Below are positions 1 to 11,589 of a stretch of 64,000 nucleotides of DNA, piece by piece. Within the stretch, counting starts at the first letter, position 1. The number at the start of each line of letters is the position of its first letter. Position numbers and translations under genes: made by a program. Under the pieces are notes generated by a model. The model saw only the letters and a list, made by a program, of their open reading frames with translations, was not told the DNA's origin and searched no databases. This DNA is from Podarcis gaigeae (lineage: Eukaryota), in NCBI GenBank assembly GCA_964106915.2, contig OZ066918.1; one strand, given 5' to 3'.

Positions 1-14
1 ATAAATCCAAGGCT

Positions 15-524
15 TGTCAGGCTTCGGGGAATCGGCTTCCTCCCCCCGTGGCAGTAGATAAGAAGACCAAAGAAAGGAACGTCTTACCAGTTAGAAACGT
101 TAATAATCACAGTGAGAGAACAAAGAACATATATCCTAGAAATGGTGATGCTCCCAATAAAGAATCACACCCCCTTCTGTCCCTATTAATCTACGTCACT
201 CCTACGTCTTGTAATCTGAATTTGTACCATCTGCGCTTTCTGTGCTTTCTGTTCTGAGACTTTCTGAGCTCTTCTTGACCTTGGGCTGAGAGGAGGAATG
301 CTGTCCAGAGACTGTGAGTCTGTTAACCCTCTCTCTTCCAGTGTTCCTTCACCTAGCTGTTCCCCATCCAGTATTTCCCAGCTTCTGCCTTCTGAACTAT
401 GCCCCTCTGCAAACCACTGTTCCAAATTGATACTGTCCTCCTGCTCCTGGGAAGATTCAGGATCCGAATCAGGAGCAGGGGGAGGCTCCCACCATTCCTC
501 CTCAGTGCATCCTTCCTCAGCACA
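15..524 (-). mobile_element. Solo LTR (Gypsy-like) with acidic/basic U3 reading frame
   Basis: TG..CA termini (tgtca at 15, agcaca ending 524). Flanks aggct/aggca match at 4 of 5 bases as a TSD. Minus-strand frame open from the first LTR codon (524) to 186: CAEEGCTEEEWWEPP...PPLSPRSRRAQK. Confidence 0.75.
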
Positions 525-611
525 AGGCACTGCAGCATTATACCATTCTCCAGGCATGGAGAATGCTGGGAAATTTAGTTTTCTAAGGGTGCAGGGGGTT
601 GTAGCTCCACA

Positions 612-650
<39 letters not shown>

Positions 651-1838
651 TTATTATTTGTACCCCGCCCATCTGGCTGGGTTTCCCCAGCCACTCTGGG
701 CGGCTTCCATAGAAACCAGAAAACACTAAAATATCATACATTAAAAACTTCCCTGAACAGGGCTGCCTTACGATGTCTTCTGAATGTCAGGTAGTTGTTT
801 ATCGTTTTGACATCTGATGGGAGGGCGTTCCACAGGGCGGGCGCCACTACCGAAAAGGCCCTCTGCCTGGTTCCCTGTAGCTTTGCTTCTCGCAATGAGG
901 GAACCGCCAGAAGGCCCTCGGCGCTGGACCTCAGCGTCCAGGCAGAACGATGGGGGTGGAGACGCTCCTTCAGGTATACTGGGCCGAGGCCGTTTAGGGC
1001 TTTAAAGGTCAACACCAACACTTTGAATTGTGCTCGGAAACGTACTGGGAGCCAATGTAGGTCTTTCAAGACCGGTGTTATGTGGTCTCGGCGGCCACCC
1101 CCAGTCACCAGTCTAGCTGCCGCATTCTGGATTAGCTGTAGTTTCCGAGTCACCTTCAAAGGTAGCCCCACGTAGAGCGCATTGCAGTAGTCCAAGCGGG
1201 AGATAACTAGAGCCTGCACCACTCTGGCGAGACAGTCCGCGGGCAGGTAGGGTCTCAGCCTGCGTACCAGGTGGAGTTGGTAGACAGCTGCCCTGGATAC
1301 AGAATTGACCTGCGCCTCCATGGACAGCTGTGAGTCCAAAATGACTCCCAGGCTACGCACCTGGTCCTTCAGGGGCACAGTTACCCTATTCAGGACCAGG
1401 GAGTCCTCCACACCAGCCCGCCCCCTGTCCCCCCAAAACAGTACTTCTGTCTTGTCAGGATTCAGCTTCAATCCATTAGCTGCCATCCATCCTCCAACCG
1501 CCTCCAGGCACTCACACAGGACCTTCACCGCCTTCACTGGTTCTGATTTGAAAGAGAGGTAGAGCTGGGTATCATCTGCATATTGATGGACACCCAGTCC
1601 AAACCCCCTGATGATTTCTCCCAGCGGCTTCATATAGATGTTAAAAAGCATGGGGGGGAGGACGGAACCCTGAGGTACCCCACAAGTGAGGGCCCAAGGG
1701 TCTGAACACTCATCCCCCACCACCACTTTCTGAACACGGCCCAGGAGGAAGGAGCGAAACCACTGTATAACAGTGCCCCCAGCTCCCAACCCCTCTAGAC
1801 GGTCCAGAAGGATGTTATGGTCGAGAAGGATGTTATGG
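612..1838 (-). mobile_element. L2-clade LINE, 5'-truncated, young; (ATT)n tail
   Basis: RT motifs GVPQGSVL and YADDTQLY, plus L2-type C-terminus LHWLPVRFRAQFKVLVLTFKAL. Microsatellite tail at 612-650. Inserted between inverted arms (555-582 and 1839-1865) of a small palindromic element. Confidence 0.93.
734..1830 (-). CDS. L2 ORF2 reverse transcriptase C-terminal portion, uninterrupted frame; no native start (the ORF-track N-terminus is flanking DNA)
   Basis: ORF track 734..1981; RT similarity begins at DHNILLDRL near 1830. Confidence 0.8.
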
Positions 1839-2664
1839 CAAACTACAGCTCCCAGGATTCTCCATGACTGTTTATGAGGTATAATAGTGCTTTGAATGTA
1901 TGGTGTGAATGTGATTGTGAGGTCACAATGCTGTGCTTTTCTGTCTTTGCCTCTGGCATCAGTGGGTGTGGGGAAAAACACTGGTTGGTGGTGTTATCTG
2001 GTAGCAGCTGGTTGTCTTTTATAATATCTGGTATTACCCTTAGAAGCACAGGATCATGGGGATGGGAGGAAAATGAAGGCCAATTAGCCCAGCTAAAGAT
2101 TACTTTCATCATCATAATGTTAATCATTCAGGGGGCGGGGGCGGGTGGAGAACAAAGAGGCGTTATCCCAAGGGAATGATCCACTGTGGTGTAGCAGATG
2201 GCATGCAGGATTTGGGTGATGTATGTTCAGATCTCTCTAGGTTTGAAGTGCACCGGGTAGCCAGGACCAAATTGTTAACTCATCTCAATCAACTTTGAAA
2301 TGGGTATTTATTATGGGATCCCCATGCACGCAAGATTTTTTGGAGTCTCCACGTAATGTCATCATCAAAATGCCAGCCCCTGTATATTGTTTTTCCTTGT
2401 TTACCTTCTCCCAGCTCTCTCCATCCCACATACATGGTCCTCTGCTACAGCACCATTCCTCCAGAGCAGCAAGCTGTGTGGTTGATGGGGATAACTGGGG
2501 GTGGGGAGAGCAGCCAGGTTGTTCTCCAGTTTAATATCTGATGTGTAAAAGAACTTTGGGGGCTGCAGTGTTTGCCTTGCATTTGAATCAAACACCATTA
2601 ACTGCCAAAATCCGTATTTCTGAGCAGAGGAATGTAAAACTCAGTGAAACACCATCTCTGTAAA

Positions 2665-3268
2665 GTCTGTGCCCAGGGCAGCTGTCTACCAGTTCCATTT
2701 GGTACTCTGTTTGAAACCACTGTGCTGCCAGAGTGGTACATGTGCTGGCTATCTCCCGCTTGGACTACTGCAATGTGCTCTGCATGGGGTGACCTTGGAA
2801 GGTGACTCAGAAACGACAATCCACAATGTGGCAGCTAGACTGGTGACTGGGAGCAGCCGCCAGGACCATATAGCACCGGTCCTAAAGAATTGACACTGGC
2901 TCTCAGTACATTTCCAACACAATTCAAAGTGTTGGTACTGACATCTAAAGCCCTAAATGGCCTCAGTCTTGTATAACTGAAGGAGCATCTCCACCACCAT
3001 CGTTCATCCCAGACACTGAGGTCCAGCTCCAATGGCCTTCCCAGTAGTGGCACCCACCCTGTAGAACACCCTCCCATCAGATGTCAAGGAAATAAATAGG
3101 TATACAACTTATAGAAGACATCTGAAGGCAGCCCTGTATAGAGAAGTTTTAAATGTTTGATGTTCTATTGTGCTTTTATATTTGTTGGAAGCCGTTCAGA
3201 GTGGCTGGGGCAACCCAGTCAGATGGCCAGGGTACAAATAAAAAAAATATTAATACTATAATTATTAT
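2665..3268 (+). mobile_element. Degraded L2 3' fragment, same family as 612-1838, opposite orientation
   Basis: Translates to RAAVYQFHLV...NVAARLVTGSSRQDHIAPVLKN; 3' UTR cagagtggctggggcaacccagtcagatgg. Confidence 0.88.
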
Positions 3269-5711
3269 TCTGTATTTGGTAACTTTAGTCACTTTTTCAG
3301 ACTGTTGGCTTATTCTGTTAAAATATCCTTCCCTTCTCAACAGACCTTATTTGATATCATCATACAGCCACATCCATTTGTGTTGACCCAACTTTTTATC
3401 AACTGGCAGTGAGTTGATGTCATTGCATCAGGTGCAGTGAGATGACATCACTGGAGTATCATCATTGGGTGCCTCCTTGCTTTCTCCTCAGGCATCATCA
3501 ATTTACCACTAGAAGCCTAAAACTTTGCCAATAGAATTGTTTTCCACATTACTCCTAGCTAAATTGACATTACAATGTATTTCCTCCCTTGGTGTATTAA
3601 ATCCAAACGGATGGCTTTCCTGCTTTGCCTGCCTGCTTTGGTGAAGGGAGGAGCTCTTAGGCTGCTTTCTGTTCCTTTCGCTTTAAATCAAAGGCCCAGC
3701 CGAAAATTATTTTATTTATAACAGCAGCGGAGACACCTGCTCCTGACATGTGAGACCATTTGGATGACACAACTGGCGACCAACAATAGTAACAGCACTC
3801 TGGGCTTTCATTAGAAGCCATGTGATGCTGCTGCAGCCTTGCCAAGTCAGACATAATAATTCCACCCACTGAGAAATAAATATTCCCCGGAGAGCAAGTG
3901 AGAGCATGAGAGAGGGAAAGGAGGCTGGCAAAGAGAGATTCTAGTTGTTTACGGGGAAGGAACGGCATCTAAATATCTCTGTGTATTTGTTTCTCTATAT
4001 ACGGTACCTACATCGATGAACTATACAGCCAGATAAGACAAATGTGCTCTCAGTTCCAGTGGTTGTCTGTGTCTCCTGTCTATAAAATCCAGTTCTCTGT
4101 CACATGCCAGAAATACGCGTTTGTGACCAAGAAATGGGCTATGCAGATGGGAGGTATTCTCAGATCACAATGCCCTCCCTTTAATTTCTGTGAGGCAAAA
4201 TAAATGGGACTGCAGTTTGAGGCACCATTGACAGAGGGGTGTAGCTGCCTATGGGTCGCCATGTTTTCCCATATTGCTTCTGTTGCTAGATATAGTGTGT
4301 GTGTTTGGGGGGGGGTGAGTTACGTAGGGCTCCTGACTGTGGCTTTACTATGGAGAAATTGGTTAAAGGGGTATGGGACAGAGCAAGAGAGAACGGTCGC
4401 TTCTCTCCATGCTCAGCCTGAAAATTTAAGAACTCCATGTCACAAATTTAGAGGAAAATTACTCTGAAGAATCCTCAGATCAGCACTTGTTCACACCAAC
4501 ATACCATCAGCATATCTTTCACACCTATGCAATTCACTGCCCACTGCTTCTACAACTCTGTTTCCTTCGGTGCTGGAAAAGAGCTCTGAGACTTAGGCAT
4601 GCGTATGTCCAGGTATCTCACTGGGCTCGGTCCCAGCCATGGCATTATTAGTTTAAGCACAATAGTCCGAGACAACCTATCCATCTTGGTTCTAAAGAGC
4701 TCAGCCAATATTAGCCCCAGACCTTGAAAAACAGTTCAGCTGCCAGTCCAGAGACTGTCGGTCATTCTAGGCATAAATGTTGCTCATTTTCGTTGCCGCT
4801 GCCACTAAATCCTCTAGTGCTTCACAGTGTCAATTATTACTTAAGCCGTTTGTATCCTGCTTTCCCAACTATTCCTTCAAGGGCAATCTGGTCATTAGCA
4901 TAGTAGGGTATGTGGCATTCTCATGAGTGGACAGGTAATTTACAGGAAAAGCTGTAAGTGTTAGGCTTCAAAGTGATGCCTCTTAGTGCCCATCAGTTGA
5001 CTGGCACTGAGGGACATTGGCTATGAAGTCTGTTTGCAAATAGTTTCAACACAACCACTTGCAACTGGACTCGACTTGCTGACGGACACACCTTCGCCTG
5101 TCTTACACCCAGTATCACGTACAATGTCAGGGATGGGGCAGACAGGTGTGGCTTGGGGGAAATAGCCTCACAGGCCAAATTAAGACCTCTCATTAGGCCC
5201 AAAGGTTGCCCATCGTGGGTTACAGAGACTTGAGAGACAGGTAAGGTTATTGATGAGTGCTTGACCCTAAGTAAAATGAACAATTTTATCTTTGTCCATT
5301 CTTTTTCAAATTAGCAACTGGCCTCCTGACAGTTCTAACAGCACTGGTTTTCTTTCATACTCTGATTAGTAGATCTACAGTGCACTTCTAGGGAAGAAAG
5401 AGAACTGCACAAATAAAGAAAAATGCAATTGCTAACCCCCTTGTGAGTATCTGTACATGGAGGTTACTGCAGTGGAAATGAGAATAAGTATGTCTACGAA
5501 TCGAAAGACAAAACAAATGAACAACTAAATTAGATCTGAGGAAATTGTCTGCAGCAAACAGTATAATGCCTCTTACTCTTAATGCCTTGTTTGTTATTGC
5601 CGCTTTGATTTCTATTAATCTGTTATGTTGAATAGTTTAACAAACATTTTGAATCATGGATTGCCTACAAATAGTGTTCACCACATTTGCTGTTAGTGGT
5701 AACCTCTGGAT

Positions 5712-5725
5712 GTTGCCATAGCAAC
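5712..5725. promoter_or_regulatory. RFX X-box-like palindrome GTTGCCATAGCAAC
   Basis: Close match to the GTNRCC-N-RGYAAC consensus in unique sequence; function not shown. Confidence 0.4.
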
Positions 5726-6200
5726 ATGTCTGCTTCCTGTTTATATCATGACAAAAATTAAAATAAAAGCGGAAGAAGGCCTAAGTGCCAAATGCCCATG
5801 GAAAGGGTGGGAACGATTCATTTAGCAAGTGGAGTGGAGAAACAACAACAACAACAACAACAACAACAAACAATTATTTGCCAGGTATCTTTTCAGATAG
5901 TACTTGCAGAATTTGCTGCCACAATATCGAGATCAAATAACAGGCACAAACAACATGAGCTTATCCCAAAGGTATTCCAGCTGTCCGCTGCCAAAATGCT
6001 GGATTACACAGAGTTTAGGAGCCATCTAGGAATACACTCTTATTCTATACAAGGCCTGTATTGCAAACTAGCCCTTAGTTACCCAGGGCATTAAAAATCA
6101 TAAGATAAAGAAGTGGCTTTATTCACTGCCCAAACTGTGTATATGAAGTTCCCCCAAAAAATGCAGATAAAGGACTGAACCTGATCTCGGGGTACAGATT

Positions 6201-6337
6201 CATACTTTCCAACATTACTCTGATAAAAATGGAGACATGCTGAGGAAAAACAGGACATTCTGGGATCAAAACAGAAACCAAGAGGGTTTCTGTAAATCTG
6301 GGACTGTCCCTGGAAAACAGGGACACTTGGAGGGTTT
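6201..6337. mobile_element. hAT-type MITE, simple form (CATACCCTCCAAC..TTGGAGGG termini)
   Basis: Terminal inverted repeats; same core as the copies at 11101, 12531 and 18538. Confidence 0.6.
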
Positions 6338-6855
6338 TATGCTAAGTTACTTTTTAAAAGCAACTTCCTAACCTGAAGGTTCGTGGACAATATGCTGGTG
6401 AAATCTCAGTTGAATAAGATTGTGTGGGGCTAAGCAAAAAGATCTGAGGTAAGGAATTTTGGCCCAAGGTGTTTGGGAGGAGTGTGGCAGCGGGGGCGGG
6501 GATATTGTTTGTAAACTTAAAAGGGGTTTATTGGGGTTGGGAAGAAAAAAAACCCACCCACGAGTTTCTTGGGTAACAGGAAATAACTTTATTCTGTCAT
6601 GCAATGACAACAGGCCACAATTGTATACCCCTCCCTCACAGTCTTTCTGAGCAGGGACGAAACTAGGCTCTATTTCACCTGGGTCAAAGACCCAGTTTGG
6701 CACCCTTTCATGTGCATTTGCACACACACAGAGGCTGGAGGTGTCACATGGGGCAAGAAACCTGGCTAGCCCCCCCCCCCCTGCCCAGTAGCTATGAAAC
6801 TGCTGAGACGGCATTATGGGGTTATTGTTCTGAGATGGTCTGCTACTAGGAGGAA

Positions 6856-8090
6856 TTGTGTGGCAAGGTCCCAAACCCTCCCAGGAGGTGGAATAAAGAC
6901 ACATGAAACAGTATTTTAGATTAATGGGCAAAAAAGGCCACAACTTTATTGGTTACAGAATGTGAGTGGTATTGGCTTAGGCTTTGGAAACCACACGACT
7001 ATATCTGACTCCTGCCCATCTGCAGGAGTCTTGGAAGGGTTAACCACCAGTAGGGGGAGCCCTGCTGATGCACATCAACTAGGAACTCCCCCAGGGTCAC
7101 CTCTAGGGGTCGTGCCATGGCCCTGGTCTGGGGCTTCAGCTGGAGACCACATCCCCCGGATTCCTTTAACGGAATACACTTGAATTAGGAGGGGTAGGTG
7201 ATAGCCACTACCTCCCCTCCCCTTCTTCTTCTTTTAAATATTTTTTATTGCTCAATTTCCACATAACAAATTATCAAACCATATAATCACCTACATAATT
7301 TCCCCCCTCCCCCCCAAGGACTTCCCTCAGCTCCTCTCCCAGATTTCGCTGCACATATTTTCTCTGCATATTATAAAACTGTATATGTCTTTACATATCT
7401 ATCCATCATGTTATCAACAATAAATTTGTGTATGTTTAGTCAAAACCTGCCAAGGAGTCCAGTTCATTTTGTTGTGTTTTTAAATAATTTGTGTAAATTC
7501 CTCCTTGAAGTCACAGTTGTCTCGCAGTTTCTATGTCAATTTAGCCAGTTCTGCGTAGTTCATCAATTTCTCTTGCCCCCAAGCTCTTTCTGCCTGAACC
7601 GTGTCATCCCTTAAGCGGACGACACGGAGCTCACCGCCATTAGCCTCTGCAGCGAACCGGAAGTCCTACCTCCTCCCTCCCTTTCAACCTAATACTCCAA
7701 TGCCTAACCGCCTAACCTTACAAAGTTGTGACAATTTACTACGAGGCAGGCGGAAAAACCCAACAGCCAATTTGCCAAGTGGAAAAATTCCTACCAGGCC
7801 CCTTGGACAACCAAGGTGACCAACCGAGGTCCATAGCAAGGTCAAGAAATAAAAGAGCCTAACTTAAGGGAGGGAGGGCGGGAGAACTGACCGAGAAGGG
7901 AGATAAACAGGGGCGAGTCCTCAGCCACGGGCAGTTTAAATAGCCCGTGCCACACCCCTGGACTGACTGAATTGGACGGCCTAAGGATGACGTGGCCGAG
8001 GAACATCCAATGGCGCAGGGGTGATCCTGCCCTGCATGTGTGGGGAAGGCTTGCTCCCAGCGCCCACGTCATCTCCCCGGAAATGGGAAA
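6856..8090 (-). mobile_element. Non-coding terminal-repeat remnant of a DIRS/Ngaro-like element, interrupted by L1
   Basis: Shares ggccacaactttatt, ggattcctttaacggaat, ccaatgcctaaccgc, aaaattcctaccaggcccc and catagcaaggtcaa with 51098-51880. Ends ..ccacacaa, like ..ccacgcaa of the SGNH-bearing copy. Right boundary approximate. Confidence 0.6.
7223..7666 (-). mobile_element. Internally deleted L1: about 90 nt 5' end fused to about 350 nt 3' end
   Basis: Minus strand starts GGACTTCCGG..ATGGCGG. The 3' part matches the L1 3' end at 63.0-63.35 kb. Imperfect TSD tacctcc(t)ccctccc on both sides. Confidence 0.65.
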
Positions 8091-9532
8091 TGGCTTTCCT
8101 GCACCAATTAAAGTAGCAAACCAAAGTTTGAAGTCTAAAAGAAGAAAGATAAAGTCCTTGCCACTACTGCTACCCAGTAAGTCTCCCTGAAATTTGTGAA
8201 TAAATCCCCTGCCCCCAAGGAGCTGGGTGGCAAATTTGTGGGGAAGATTTTTACTGTGCGCTGAGCTTTTGGAGGTTTAGGTGAGGTACCTCCACATTCC
8301 CATCAGCTGTAGGGCTGGAATAAATCGTGCAAAACTGTATCCACTGCAGAATGATTTTTGCAGTGTGTAGTTCTGCTGGATTTGCATGATTTATGGAGAT
8401 TGCAGGGTCCAGCTTTGCAGAGTGCAGGGTTACGCCAGTGATTAAGCTTGATTATTTTATATTAGCATCAAGGACACCTGACCCTGTGCTTTACCCAGTA
8501 CTGAGCATTCCCCCCCCCCCCCCGCCTTCCTTAAGAGCTGGTTTATTTCCTTAACTCTGGCAACATGAGGGAGCGATGCCAGCTTTCCCCCCAGGAGAGA
8601 TGGTTGGAATCCACTTGTCAGTGGCACTCGCTTATCTTTAAGATTTCTGCCTTGGGACCTTACTTTGCCAAGCGACTCTTGGAAGCTCAAGCAAATCCAA
8701 ACAAGAACTAAAAATAATGCATCACCAGGGACGCATTAGTATCTGAGCGCCACGCTTCATTCCCTCTGAGGAATCATTGGGGATTTAAATGATCAGTGCT
8801 GCATGGTCACAAGTGGCTGGAACTTTAATACTTGAGATAAATGGCTCCCCAGTTCTAGTGAGGATCTTGCTTAGTGAATGATGCGCCTCCTTCAGCAGTC
8901 CAATGGAATGAAACAAAATTGGACTAATATATACAACAGAGAGGGTCTGATAAGTGCCTTGGTTAACTCTGATTCTGGTGCTAATGAGATTGGTTCCAGG
9001 CTTTCCATGATACCTTTTACTTGCTTCGTAAACACTGAAGGCAGCAATGCAACTGCAACATAGCTGCTGCTTCGATCCTTTCCATGTTGGAAACAATGTC
9101 GGCTTGTTTTTGAAAGGGAATCCTTGGCTTTTCCATTCAGATAAGTGGGATGTCGCTGCAATCTTAAATACAGCTACCTGGATACTGCTCTTTGAACACA
9201 CTGGAAGTCATTCTGCGTAGATGTGTATAAGGTTGTGCTGTTGCATCTTTAACTTCAGCTGGATGTAAGTTTTACAGGACTAAAGAAACAGGGATAGCTG
9301 AAAATACATTTTTTCCATTAATTTTTTTTATAAAACAAACATACCATATCTCATGGATCACAGCAAAACATGGGAATTTATTACAATTTTTGTCCACTTA
9401 GAAAATTATGTCTATCTGTGTGTGTTTCTTGCAGTGAGACCAGGGCTGCTTTTTCCAGCCGGAAGTTGCCGGAACTTAGTTCCGGCACCTCTTAGATGGG
9501 TGCCATTGCCTTTATAAGAGAGCAAGGGGGTA

Positions 9533-9758
9533 CAGTGGTACCTCAGGTTAAGCACTTAATTCTTTCCGGAGGTCCGTACTTAACCTGAAACTGTTCTTAA
9601 CCTGAAGCACCACTTTAGCTAATGGGGCCTCCCGCTGCTGCTGTGCTGCCGGAGCATGATTTCTGTTCTCATCCTGAAGCAAAGTTCTTAACCTGAAGCA
9701 CTATTTCTGGGTTAGCGGAGTCTGTAACCTGAAGCGTATGTAACCTGAGGTACCACTG
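9533..9758. mobile_element. Tc1/mariner (Tigger-like) MITE nested in an older MITE (about 9441-9805)
   Basis: CAGTGGTACCTC..GAGGTACCACTG TIRs with TA on the left. Confidence 0.8.
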
Positions 9759-10505
9759 GATTCCTGGTGAGTTCCAGCACCTCTTTTTCTAGAGAAGCAG
9801 CACTGAGTGAGACACATTGTCTAAACCCTTTCCACGTGCTGTTTTTGAATTGAGAGCAATGCCAAACGAATGCCGCCATGCCTTAAACTCCAAATGTGGG
9901 CCGCAAGCCTTGGCGTATCGATGAAACGCTCTGCCATCTTGCTAAGTAAGTGACAATTTTGGGGTGGCAAATGCTCTTCTCCTCAAAATTCAAGGCGGAT
10001 AAGACCAGCAAATATGAGCTGGTTTCTTCTACAAAGAAAGAAAGGTCATTTCACTGACTAATTCAGTCAGATCACCGTGGAAAATAAAGAATCGTCTTGA
10101 ACTGAGGATGGAGCCATAGGGCATAGCAGAACCGAATGAATTTTCCACCATGGTGGCTCGAGATCAAAAAGCTGAATGTTTTTAATTTGGGGAGTGAGGG
10201 TTACGTGCGGTTTACAAGGGGAAGGGGAGATCAAAGCCGTGTGTATCAGGTGGCCCCAGAGGGACTTTTAAATTATACCGGGGACTGGAGTAATTTGTGT
10301 GATGCTTTTAATTTCCTGTGCTACCAGTTGAAGTGTTTTAAAATTTTTGCATCCTTTGGCTGAACAAAAAAAAAAGGCAATCTATTTAGTATCTTTTGAC
10401 CAGGAAAAGCCGAAGAGGCAGGAAGATTGCAGAGAAAACTTCTCTTAAATGGTAGTTGGACCATATCCAATGCCAGCTCCTGTTATAATTCTATGAAAAT
10501 GAGTA

Positions 10506-11055
10506 CGTCATGGAGTCTAGAGCCATGGCGTTCCCTTGCCTGCACCGTAGAAGGACCTATATGCCTAGACAAATGGGCTAGACTCAGAGCCCCAGGGAAT
10601 GAGGCCAACTTGCTTCCATCAGGAAAGTGCAGGCTTCTCCGTGGCTTTCCTATTTTTGATTGGATCTAGATGTGTGCAGCCGATTCTCCACCTCCACAGC
10701 CCAGTTTCCAATTTGTTAGCCAGAAATATGTCAGTTGGTGGTTTAGGAGTCTGTGTAACAACTTCCCATTTTCTAAACTCTTTTTTTAAAACAACAACAA
10801 CAACAACTGAAGTTTCCTTGCAACCAAAACAGAGTTAGGTGGCATCTCTCCTGCCCACTTGTCCGCTAGCTATCTTAGCTTGCCTAAGCTGTTGTGCTAT
10901 TTATCCTAGCTTTGCTTATGTACTGTTCTGATTTGAACATTAAAGTTTATTCCAGAAAATGAGATTTGAGTTCGAGTCCTGCATCCTGCCAGAAGCAGAC
11001 AAACTCTCTTGGGGTGGGTTCTACCTGCCACAGTGACCTGCCTAGGCTCATGACA
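10506..11055 (+). mobile_element. Possible old solo LTR
   Basis: Imperfect inverted termini cgtcatggagtctag / ctaggctcatgaca; attaaa near the 3' end; TSD degraded. Confidence 0.4.
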
Positions 11056-11100
11056 GATTGTGCTTGTCTTAGCCTATCTTGACTTTTGTTCTATCAGATC

Positions 11101-11586
11101 CACACCCTCCAACATTTCTCCAATGAAAATAGGAACATTGTATTTAACAACAACAACACCACCCCCCACCTGACAGGGCTGCCTCAGCCACTCTGGATGG
11201 CTTCCAACATATATAAAAACTTAAAAAGCATAAAAAACTTCCATATACAGTCAGACCTCGGTTGCTGAATGTAATCTGTTCTGGAAGCCCGTTCAGCTTC
11301 CAAAATGTCTGATAACTGAGGCGCAGCTTCTGATTGGTTGCAGGGGCTCCCTGCACTCAATCGGAAGATGCGTTGGATGTTCAGCTTCCAAAAAACGTTC
11401 AAAGACCGGAACACTTACTTTTGGGTTTTCAGCATTTGGGAGCTGAAATGTTCCAAAACAGAGGTGTATGGGAGCTGAGGTTTGACTTTACAGGGCTGCT
11501 TTCGATGCCTTCTAAAAGTTGTATAGTTACTTATCACCTTGGCTCAGGGGTCAAGCAATTCCACACCCTCCAACTTGGAGGGTCTG
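11101..11586. mobile_element. Composite hAT MITE carrying an L2 3' tail, with a Tigger-like MITE nested at 11248-11488
   Basis: Left TIR, then L2 tail (cagccactctggatggcttccaac), then second left TIR, then right TIR ttggagggtctg. Confidence 0.65.
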
Positions 11587-11589
11587 CAG

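Noticed and set aside
298-729. 143-aa plus-strand ORF with poly-Ile
   Set aside because: Antisense of the LTR frame running through the (ATA)n L2 tail.
612-3268. Inverted pair of L2 copies as a dsRNA/editing substrate
   Set aside because: Common in repeat-rich genomes and no evidence of transcription here.
5842-5870. Poly-Gln ORF (5792-6094)
   Set aside because: (CAA)n microsatellite in otherwise non-coding-looking sequence.
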